Source: Thermoplasmatales archaeon SW_10_69_26 (lineage in GTDB: Archaea > Thermoplasmatota > SW-10-69-26). From it: 18,720 nucleotides of DNA. The notes beneath the pieces were generated by a model. The model made no database searches. It saw only the letters and a list, made by a program, of their open reading frames with translations, and was not told the DNA's origin. The stretch lies in assembly GCA_003009755.1 (NCBI GenBank), contig PXUB01000010.1, positions 1 to 18,720 on the forward strand, written 5' to 3'. The translations under genes and the position numbers were made by a program. Shown here piece after piece: positions 1 to 8,145 of this stretch. Every line of letters begins with the position of its first letter. The first letter of the stretch is position 1.

Positions 1-258
1 GAGGACTCGGCGGACATGATGAGCGTGTTGCCCTGGGTGCACATCGTGTTCGGCAACCTCAAACGCGTATTGAACGGGACGCATGCGAAGGTCAGCGATT
101 GGGCCTTGCAGGCCTATCTGGACGTGTTCTGTTTCCGGTTCAACCGGCGGGCGTTCCTCGGCCAAGCGGTCGAGGAGGGGTTGGATCGGTTGGTTTCGTC
201 TCGGCCGGTGCGGTGGCGGGATCTTCGGGGTCGTGAGGTGCCGTGGACGGCAAGCTGA
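1..258 (+). CDS. IS1595-family (ISXO2-like DDE) transposase, C-terminal part; 5' truncated by window edge
   Basis: Frame is open from base 1. LPWVHIVFGNLKRVLNGTH...LQAYLDVFCFRFNRR matches the characteristic C-terminal motif of IS1595-family transposases. Codon usage is more T-rich than neighbouring genes. Confidence 0.9.
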   Translation, partial: EDSADMMSVLPWVHIVFGNLKRVLNGTHAKVSDWALQAYLDVFCFRFNRRAFLGQAVEEGLDRLVSSRPVRWRDLRGREVPWTAS

Positions 259-273
259 GAGATCTCAATCGCC
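1..273 (+). mobile_element. Right end of IS1595-family insertion sequence; putative terminal inverted repeat ~254-273
   Basis: Transposase stop lies in GCTGAGAGATCTCAATCGCC, whose reverse complement starts GGCGATT, resembling the CCTGATT-type ends of IS1595-group elements. The left end is outside the window, so the IR pair and target duplication cannot be confirmed. Confidence 0.55.
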
Positions 274-343
274 CAAAGAAAAATGCTCCCCGTTTCGAAC
301 ATCGTGAGTGAACCGTTAAGGGGCCAGGGGCTCGATGATAGCC

Positions 344-1300
344 ATGGTGGCCCGACGACGCTCGCTCGCTCTGGCGTTGGCGCTTCTGGCGCCCGTCGCC
401 GCGATCGGATTCGCTGGCCTGGCCCCCACGGGCGAGGCCCAGCAAGCACCTCGAGGTGACGACTGGCAGCTGGAGCCGCGCTCCTCGCCCGGTGACGGCT
501 TCCGGTTGACGACCGTTGGCACCGTCGACGGTCAACCCGCCACCGTGGAGCGACAGCTGTCCCTCGACGAGGGCGAGCTCTCGATCACCTACACCCTCGG
601 CGACGAGGACGATCCCGATCGTCAGGTCCAGGCCCACCTGCGGCCGGCCGGCGTCTACGTCTTCGAGGACGACGGCGACGGCCGGCTGCAGCTCGACGAC
701 CGCGTCGTCGACCACCAGCGCGTGGACGAGGAGGCCGACGCCTACCTGACCCCCGTCCGCGTGACGCAGCCGCTGTTCTCCTCGCGCGGGGTCTTCCCGC
801 TCGAGGACGGCGGCCGCGTCGTGGTCACCGCGACCGCCACCTCGGACGTGGCGATGATGCGCGGCAGCCAGCTCACCCCCACCGAGACGCGGCTCAACGT
901 GACCGCGGCCGGCCTCTCCCTCGAGGACGACCACCACGTCGCCCTCGCCTTCGAGGCCGGGGCCGACAGCCTCGCCGAGGACACCGGGTCCCTGGTCCGG
1001 CTCGAGGGCACCGGGGCCGGCGTCAGCCTCGACCGGCTGGGCGCCATCGATGCCCGCGGCGACCCCGGCTCGGCCACCGTGCTCGCGGACAAAACCACCG
1101 ACCCGGCGACCGCGCTCGTCCTGCTCTCCGGGCCCCAGCAACCGACGAACGCGCACGAGGCCGAGGCCAACGTCGTCCACACGAGCACCGGGCTCGAGGA
1201 CGTCGCCGAGACCGTGCGCGGCGAAGCCGGGCCCTACCTGCTGGGCCTGGTGGCTGCCTCCGCGCTCGTCGGCACCGCGGCGTGGCGGAAGCTGAACTGA
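344..1300 (+). CDS. Secreted/cell-surface protein with N-terminal signal peptide and C-terminal membrane anchor, function unknown
   Basis: MVARRRSLALALALLAPVAA signal-like N-terminus, acidic body, C-terminal hydrophobic helix plus basic tail (YLLGLVAASALVGTAAWRKLN). TATA-like GTTAAG at 315-320 favours ATG 344 over 335. Confidence 0.8.
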   Translation: MVARRRSLALALALLAPVAAIGFAGLAPTGEAQQAPRGDDWQLEPRSSPGDGFRLTTVGTVDGQPATVERQLSLDEGELSITYTLGDEDDPDRQVQAHLRPAGVYVFEDDGDGRLQLDDRVVDHQRVDEEADAYLTPVRVTQPLFSSRGVFPLEDGGRVVVTATATSDVAMMRGSQLTPTETRLNVTAAGLSLEDDHHVALAFEAGADSLAEDTGSLVRLEGTGAGVSLDRLGAIDARGDPGSATVLADKTTDPATALVLLSGPQQPTNAHEAEANVVHTSTGLEDVAETVRGEAGPYLLGLVAASALVGTAAWRKLN

Positions 1301-1301
1301 G

Positions 1302-1622
1302 TCACGCGCCGTCGCACAGACGGCACTTGACGTTCTTGTGCGGGCGCTCGGGGTGGGCCTCGTTGTCGAGCTCCTCGGCTTCCCCGTTGAAGTGGTACAG
1401 CTCGACCTGCTTCTCGTAGGCGCGGGTCACGTTGGGCATGTAGTCGGCCCAGAAGTAGCCGTAGTCGTCGACGCGATCGAGCAGCGCGGTCTGCAGTTGG
1501 TCGGTCCGGCCCACGTAGCGCGGGGCCCCCTCCGCCTCCTCGTACAGCATGTAAACCCCGAGCACGTCCTCGGTGACGACGTCCTCGACGGTGGCGGCGG
1601 CGAGCTCGTGACGGTCGCTCAT
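1302..1622 (-). CDS. Small stand-alone GIY-YIG-like protein with C-terminal HP/CxxC tail (106 aa)
   Basis: MSDRHEL...GVYMLY...RYVGRTD...AYEKQVELYH...LDNEAHPERP...CRLC; acidic, typical codon usage. The real start is ATG 1622; the ORF-track extension to 3092 is a shadow of the neighbouring gene. Confidence 0.8.
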   Translation of the reverse strand: MSDRHELAAATVEDVVTEDVLGVYMLYEEAEGAPRYVGRTDQLQTALLDRVDDYGYFWADYMPNVTRAYEKQVELYHFNGEAEELDNEAHPERPHKNVKCRLCDGA

Positions 1623-1702
1623 CACCGCAAGCAGACCGCTCGACGGGATGAGCGTTGCGGTAGGTTCCCCGAAGAGACGCGGCCTCGAACCTAACGGATG
1701 GC

Positions 1703-3085
1703 CTAGCTGTCCTCGAGCGCCTGCGTCAGCGTCTCGACGGCCTGGATCTCGAAGGCGCCCTCCTCGACGCCGCCGGTGATCGTGCCGAACCGATCGCTGT
1801 AGGTGTTGTCGACGATCGCGTACGTGCCGGGCTCGATCCCGTGCTCGTTGCCCTCCGCGAACGTGTACGTGCGGAAGCCCTCCTCGGCCGGGGCGACGTC
1901 GCCGGGGCCGCCGACGGCCACGATCGCGGCCGCGTGGGCGATGCCCCCGCCCGGCTCGGTGTTGAGCAGCGCCAAGTAGGCCCTCGAGCCCCAGTAGCGG
2001 TGGAACGCCACCTGCAACACGCTGGTGTCCTCGCAGTCGCCCAGCCCTTCGTCGAGGGTCTCGATCGGGCGCTGCTGGTCGTCGGTGCCCTCGCGGCCGT
2101 CGCCGACCGCCGCGGGGACCTCGGGGGTGGCGTTCTCGTCGTCGTAGCGGTACCCGATCTCGGTCTCGACCCACTCGTAGAACGCCACGGCCTCCGCCTG
2201 ATCGAGCTCGCCGTCCTCGTCCTCGTCGAAGGAGGCGAAGCGCTCCAGCAAGCGCGGCGGGGCGTGCTCGTCGACGAGCTGGCGGGCCTCGGGGCTCATC
2301 GCATCGCGCTGCGGGTCGCTTTTCGGCGTGAACGCCACGTCGATCGTGGCCGCCAGCAGGCGCGAGCGTTGCTCCTCGCGGAACCGCTCGAGCCGATCGG
2401 TCGGCGGGGCCTGGTCGGGTTGCACGCCGGATCGCTCGGCCAGGCCGGGGTGCCGGTGGGCGAAGGTGCTCGTCCGGTCCCGCAGATCGGCTCGCGCCTG
2501 CACGAGCGCCTCGCCCTCGGCGAGCGTGGCGTTGACCTCCGCCAGCGCCTGGCCGCGAGCGCTCACGGTGTCGGTTTCCGCCTGGGCCGTCTGATGCTCG
2601 CCGAGCGAGGCTCGCCAGTCGGCCTCGGCGTCGCGCAGGTCGTGGGCCTCGCGGGCCAGCGCCAGCGCCGTCGCCAGCGCCTCCCGACTCCGGGGCTCCA
2701 AGGCCGCCTGCTCGCGGGCGAACGTGGCCTCGGCCTCGTCGAGGTGGTGCCCGCTCGTCTCCAGGGCTTGGCGTGCCTGGTCCAGGTCGTCGGCGGCGAG
2801 GTGGTCGTCGGCGGTCTGCATCGCGTCGGCGGCCTGCCGCAGCTGGCCGGTCGTGGAGGCGGAGCTGTCGGCGGCGTGCGAGGAGGGCAACCAGGGACCG
2901 GCGGCCAGCGCGGGGATCAGGGCGGCCGACACGAGGACGATGGCCAACGCCAGCGCCGGCGAGGGACCCCGTGGGGAGGGCGAACGCGGCGGGGCCGGCG
3001 AGCCGGGACGGCGGTGGCCACAGCAGGGGCAGGCCTGCCGGGAACGTGCGTACCGCGAACCGCAGGCTGCGCAACGGGCCGGCAC
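1703..3085 (-). CDS. Membrane-anchored transglutaminase-like cysteine protease with N-terminal zinc ribbon, coiled coil and EF-hand
   Basis: CAACG..CPCCG at the N-terminus, TM helix (ALALAIVLVSAALIPALAAG), Ala/Glu-rich helical region, EF-hand loop DEDEDGELDQAE, and GDCED / HAAA / IVDNT Cys-His-Asp triad motifs. Start codon is less certain. Confidence 0.8.
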   Translation of the reverse strand: MPARCAACGSRYARSRQACPCCGHRRPGSPAPPRSPSPRGPSPALALAIVLVSAALIPALAAGPWLPSSHAADSSASTTGQLRQAADAMQTADDHLAADDLDQARQALETSGHHLDEAEATFAREQAALEPRSREALATALALAREAHDLRDAEADWRASLGEHQTAQAETDTVSARGQALAEVNATLAEGEALVQARADLRDRTSTFAHRHPGLAERSGVQPDQAPPTDRLERFREEQRSRLLAATIDVAFTPKSDPQRDAMSPEARQLVDEHAPPRLLERFASFDEDEDGELDQAEAVAFYEWVETEIGYRYDDENATPEVPAAVGDGREGTDDQQRPIETLDEGLGDCEDTSVLQVAFHRYWGSRAYLALLNTEPGGGIAHAAAIVAVGGPGDVAPAEEGFRTYTFAEGNEHGIEPGTYAIVDNTYSDRFGTITGGVEEGAFEIQAVETLTQALEDS

Positions 3086-3276
3086 GGGGCAAAAGCTACC
3101 GTCGAGGGAGGACTCGTATGGGCGGTTCGGTTGTGGCCACCGTCCGGGGGGGAGAGGACACGGGGGACTCGACCACAGAGACGCAAAGACGCGGGGAAGC
3201 CCGCCGAGGAGATGGAGACGAGAGGATCGATCCCCAGGCAGCCCTCGGTCGCCAACGAGGAGGGGTCTCCGACCTG

Positions 3277-4164
3277 CTAGAACCCGTCCAATTCGAGCTC
3301 CTGCGAGCCGTCCTTGTAGACGCGGACGACGCCGGAGGAGGAGACGACGATGGCGACGGCCTCGGTCTCCTTCGTGATGCTGGCCGCGGCCAGGTGGCGG
3401 CCGCCGAGCCCGCTGGCGGCCTCGGCGTCGGGTTCGAGCATGATGTAGCGGCCGGCCGCCTCGAGGTAGCCGTCCCCGGAGACGACCATCGCGCCGTCGA
3501 GCATCGCGTACTCCTTGATCGTCTCGGAGTTCTCCGGGTTGAGGACGCGCCGCTCCTCGCGCGTGTGGCCCTGGAAGGGGTTCAGCAGGACCTGGCGGGA
3601 GGCCTCCAGCACGGACTCGTGGTCGCCCACGATGAACATCGTGCCGACCTTGTGGCCTTCCCGGCCCTTGCGGACGAGGTCGCCGGCGATCTGGAGGAGC
3701 ATCTCGAAGACGCTGAGGTCGCAGCGCTCCTCGATGCGGGCCTTCAACAGGCGGAACATCGGATCCGAGCTGATCGAGAAGTTGACCATCAGCGTCGGCT
3801 GCTCGTCGTTGGCGACCAGGCAGACGACGTCCTCGCCGTCGCCGAGCGAGCCCTCGAGGTAGGCCGAGATCACGATGCCGCGCAGGTCCTCGAGCATCTC
3901 GAGCGTGCCCGGCAGCTTGACCGACAACTGCAACACGGTCTCGCAGTCGTCGGCGTAGTCCGAGCTGATGTCCTCCTTCGTCGTAGCGAGCACGATCGGG
4001 AGGTCGGCCCCGTTCACCACCTCGCCGACGACGCGGGGGCTGTCGGACACCAACAGCAACTGCCGGGCGGCCACGCGGCTGTCCAGGAAGCCCACGATGC
4101 CGGAGACCGGGCTGTCGTCGGGCGTGGTCTCGTCGGTCTCCGTGCTCTCGGGCTGGGGGGCCAT
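3277..4164 (-). CDS. dacZ: Diadenylate cyclase (DisA_N/DAC domain), archaeal DacZ type
   Basis: GREGHKVGTMFIVGD, NPFQGH, IKEYAMLDGA and GLGGRHLAAASIT motifs of the DAC domain, with an N-terminal extra domain as in archaeal DacZ. ATG 4164 chosen as start. Confidence 0.9.
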   Translation of the reverse strand: MAPQPESTETDETTPDDSPVSGIVGFLDSRVAARQLLLVSDSPRVVGEVVNGADLPIVLATTKEDISSDYADDCETVLQLSVKLPGTLEMLEDLRGIVISAYLEGSLGDGEDVVCLVANDEQPTLMVNFSISSDPMFRLLKARIEERCDLSVFEMLLQIAGDLVRKGREGHKVGTMFIVGDHESVLEASRQVLLNPFQGHTREERRVLNPENSETIKEYAMLDGAMVVSGDGYLEAAGRYIMLEPDAEAASGLGGRHLAAASITKETEAVAIVVSSSGVVRVYKDGSQELELDGF

Positions 4165-4319
4165 CCGCGGACGAGGCTCACTACCTCCGGCCCGGGGCTT
4201 GGGTCTTTCCCTCTCGGACCAAGGAAGCAACTCCCCTGATCGGCGCCCCGCTGGCATGAAGCGACCACGGGTCGTGGCGGAAAGGCTTTCAGGAGGGGGG
4301 CTCTCCTACGCGAACGACG

Positions 4320-5720
<1,401 letters not shown>

Positions 5721-6347
5721 TCAGGTCCCACCGACGCCGGCCGCCTGGAACGCCCGAGCTCGCTCCTCGCAGGCGGGGCACTCCCCGCAGGGATCTGGCC
5801 CCAGCTCGTAGCAGCTCCAGGAGGCCTCCACCGGCGCACCCCGTTCCAGCCCCCGCTCGACGACCTCCGTCTTGTCCAGCCCGAGCAGCGGCTGCTCGAT
5901 CGTCAGGTCGACGTCCGAGTGCAAGCTGTCGGCCATGAGGTCTCCGAAGCGCTCGAAGAACGAGGCCGAGGCGTCCGGGAACCGCTCCGGGTCGACGCCG
6001 TTGTGGCCGCCCACGATCGTCTCGGCGCCCACGATCTCGGCGACGTGAGCCGCGAGGGCGTACAGGATCGGGTTCCGCGCCGGCACGTAGCCCTCCGGGG
6101 CATCCGCCAGCGCCGGGTTGTCGAGCAACGGATGCACGGGGTCCTCCAGCTCGCGCAGCCACGGCATCTCGATCGCGGTCAGCTCGACGCCCGCCAGCTC
6201 GGTGATCGTCTCCGTGGCTTGCCTCTCCGGCGGCGGGCGCTTGAAGTAGTGCATCGTCAGGGCGTGCACCTCGTAACCCTGGTCGAGGGCCCACCAGAGG
6301 GCCACGGTGGAATCGATGCCGCCGGAGACCAGGGCCAAGGCCTGCAT
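5721..6347 (-). CDS. queC: 7-cyano-7-deazaguanine (preQ0) synthase, archaeosine pathway
   Basis: SGGIDS PP-loop, YVPARN, SWSCY and CGECPAC zinc motif. TATA-like GTTAAG ~25 nt upstream. Confidence 0.92.
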   Translation of the reverse strand: MQALALVSGGIDSTVALWWALDQGYEVHALTMHYFKRPPPERQATETITELAGVELTAIEMPWLRELEDPVHPLLDNPALADAPEGYVPARNPILYALAAHVAEIVGAETIVGGHNGVDPERFPDASASFFERFGDLMADSLHSDVDLTIEQPLLGLDKTEVVERGLERGAPVEASWSCYELGPDPCGECPACEERARAFQAAGVGGT

Positions 6348-6391
6348 CGGCGGCCGAGCCGGTGGCGGTTACTTAACGGGTCGGCCCGAGC

Positions 6392-6676
6392 CTACTCCCC
6401 GACCTCGACGCCGTTCCAGAACGCCACGTGGTCCTCGATCTCGGCCGCCTCGTCCTTGGGATCCGGGTAGGTCCAGGCGGCGTCCTCGTTGCGCTGGCCG
6501 TCGACGACGACGTGGTAGTAGCTGGCCTGGCCCTTCCAGTGACACGTCGTCTGATGGTCGCTTTCCTCCAGCTGCCCGAAGTCCACGTCCTCCGGCGGGA
6601 AGTAGTGGTTGCCGTCCACGACCTCGGTCGCCTTGCTGTCCGCGATGACCTGCCCGTTCCATACGGCTTGGACCAT
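6392..6676 (-). CDS. DUF427 domain protein
   Basis: VVDGNHYFPPEDV, TTCHWKGQASYY, NEDAAWTYPDP and HVAFW are hallmark DUF427 motifs. Confidence 0.92.
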   Translation of the reverse strand: MVQAVWNGQVIADSKATEVVDGNHYFPPEDVDFGQLEESDHQTTCHWKGQASYYHVVVDGQRNEDAAWTYPDPKDEAAEIEDHVAFWNGVEVGE

Positions 6677-6733
6677 GCGCCCCGTAGAGCTGCGGGGAGG
6701 GAAAAGTCGTTTTGGAGACCGCCAGCGGGGGGC

Positions 6734-6767
6734 CTGTTCAACAGCTGTTCAACAACTGGTTTTCAAG
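6734..6767 (+). promoter_or_regulatory. Tandem CTGTTCAACA repeats (11-bp period) next to TATA-like TTTTCAAG in the divergent DUF427 / paralog-1 promoter region
   Basis: CTGTTCAACA at 6734-6743 and 6745-6754, each with palindromic core TGTT-C-AACA. TTTTCAAG at 6760-6767 lies ~25 nt before ATG 6791. Confidence 0.6.
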
Positions 6768-6790
6768 GCCCCCCAGAGAGGTAGGCGTCG

Positions 6791-7243
6791 ATGAGTCGAA
6801 CCCGATCCCTCGCCGCCGAGGAGCGATCCGCCGAGGAGACCGACACGGTCACCGCGGCCGACCTCGACGACCCCGTCGAACGCGCCGAGTGGCTGCAAAC
6901 CGTCCTCCAGCGAACCTTCGAGATGGACGAGGAGGACGCCCGACGGATCAGCGGGCTCGTCGTCGACCAGTTCGGTGCCAAGGACGAGGTCCTCGACGAC
7001 GAGGTCCCCAAAGAGGTGCGATCGGTGTTCTACACGCTCGAGTCCAAGCGCATCCTCACCTTCCGCCGCATCGAGTACGAGGGCGAGGACGGCATGCGCA
7101 AGCGCGGCTTCTTCTGGCAGTTCCACCCCGAGGGCGTCGAGGCCGAGCTCGAGACCGAGGCGGCCGACGACGAGGACGCCGGCGTCTACGACAACCTGCC
7201 CGAGGACTGCTGGGACCGCGGCGACGCCGGCGCGGCGGCGTAG
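6791..7243 (+). CDS. DUF6015-like winged-helix protein, paralog 1 (TFE-alpha N-domain-like)
   Basis: Shares MD..DAR.I, RSVFY..E...L.FRR..Y..EDG...R...W and VY..LP.D.W.R motifs with 7618..8019. Resembles the Thermoplasmata DUF6015 family (recalled, not searched). Confidence 0.75.
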   Translation: MSRTRSLAAEERSAEETDTVTAADLDDPVERAEWLQTVLQRTFEMDEEDARRISGLVVDQFGAKDEVLDDEVPKEVRSVFYTLESKRILTFRRIEYEGEDGMRKRGFFWQFHPEGVEAELETEAADDEDAGVYDNLPEDCWDRGDAGAAA

Positions 7244-7377
7244 TCACGGCTTCGCCCCGCAGAGGTCTTGGGTCACCTCTCGCGCCGGCGCTCGTGTCGC
7301 GGAGGCTCGGTGATGCCTCGTGTTCACTGGCGGCCGAGAGCGAGGGACGATGGGGGCAAAGGCATGCCAGTGTGTAG

Positions 7378-7390
7378 CAAATTTTATTAG
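7378..7390 (+). promoter_or_regulatory. Strong TATA box (CAAATTTTATTAG) for paralog 2
   Basis: One of the most AT-rich stretches in the window. Predicts a TSS near 7408-7412, about 210 nt before GTG 7618. Confidence 0.65.
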
Positions 7391-7405
7391 CGCACTAGGT
7401 GTCGA

Positions 7406-7570
7406 TTGGGTTGCGGGGTGACCCCCGCGGCGAGGTGTTGACCGAGCGATGCCCCAACTCAACAGCGATAGCTCTGCCGATCCGCAAGCCAAGCAAGGGC
7501 CGGCCCCGAGCGCCCTGCTCGTGGGCCCCACCCGACAGTACGGTTCCGAGGAACCGTGGTACGTCGGGGT
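7406..7570 (+). ncRNA. Putative structured cis-regulatory 5' leader (or sRNA), unassigned family
   Basis: Stems seen by eye: 7406-7413/7455-7462 enclosing hairpin 7414-7427; 7502-7512/7516-7527; 7531-7536/7563-7568 enclosing 7539-7546/7551-7558. G-U pairs are consistent with a + strand RNA. Confidence 0.45.
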
Positions 7571-7617
7571 CGTCCTCCAGCAAGCCTGTCAAGCCATGAT
7601 CCGGGGGGGCGCCTGAG

Positions 7618-8019
7618 GTGCCCGAACAGCTCACCGACCAGACCCACGTCGAGGCTCAAGGCCGCCGGGACCAGCTGGCCGCGGCCCTCGCGCGCGACAT
7701 GGACATGGACACGACCGACGCCCGCGAGATCGCCAGCTTCGTGCTGGCGGCCTTCGAGGGTCAGGAGGAGCTCGACGACCGCGAGCTCGACAGCGACCTT
7801 CGGTCGGTCTTCTACGAGATCGAGGAGCACAAGCTGTTGAACTTCCGCCGCGAGACGTACCGCAACGAGGACGGTCACAAGCGGCGGGCCTACTACTGGA
7901 CGATCCGCTGGGACGAGGTCCGTCCCGACGAGGCGGCCGACGAGTCCTCCAGCGAGAGCGGCAACTCCGTCTACGAGGAGCTGCCCACCGACGCCTGGTC
8001 TCGCGACCAGCTCGCCTGA
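7618..8019 (+). CDS. DUF6015-like winged-helix protein, paralog 2 (TFE-alpha N-domain-like)
   Basis: Clear paralog of 6791..7243. EELDDREL...LRSVFYEIEEHKLLNFRR...G...YYW resembles the TFE-alpha winged helix. GTG start. Confidence 0.75.
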   Translation: MPEQLTDQTHVEAQGRRDQLAAALARDMDMDTTDAREIASFVLAAFEGQEELDDRELDSDLRSVFYEIEEHKLLNFRRETYRNEDGHKRRAYYWTIRWDEVRPDEAADESSSESGNSVYEELPTDAWSRDQLA

Positions 8020-8035
8020 CGGCTCGGCCGCCTCG

Positions 8036-8117
8036 CCTTTCTTCTCCTCGGGCCCGATCCAGGGCCCGGACCCTTCGCGATCGCGGCCTCGATCCCGTCG
8101 AGGCCACGGGATCGCGA
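8036..8117 (+). terminator. Pyrimidine tract plus two strong hairpins between convergent genes
   Basis: TTTCTTCT at 8038-8045; stem 8049-8055/8062-8068; nested stems 8075-8082/8110-8117 and 8085-8092/8098-8105. Confidence 0.5.
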
Positions 8118-8145
8118 CGAAGACCATCCGATGTCCGTCCCACGG

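Noticed and set aside
5721-6347. queC as part of a Dpd DNA-modification or QatC-type defence system
   Set aside because: Normal-length QueC in a housekeeping context with no dpd or qat neighbours. Archaeosine synthesis is the simpler explanation.
7406-7570. Firm call of a c-di-AMP (ydaO) riboswitch
   Set aside because: Only partial motif echoes; several conserved segments are missing. Kept as a hypothesis only.
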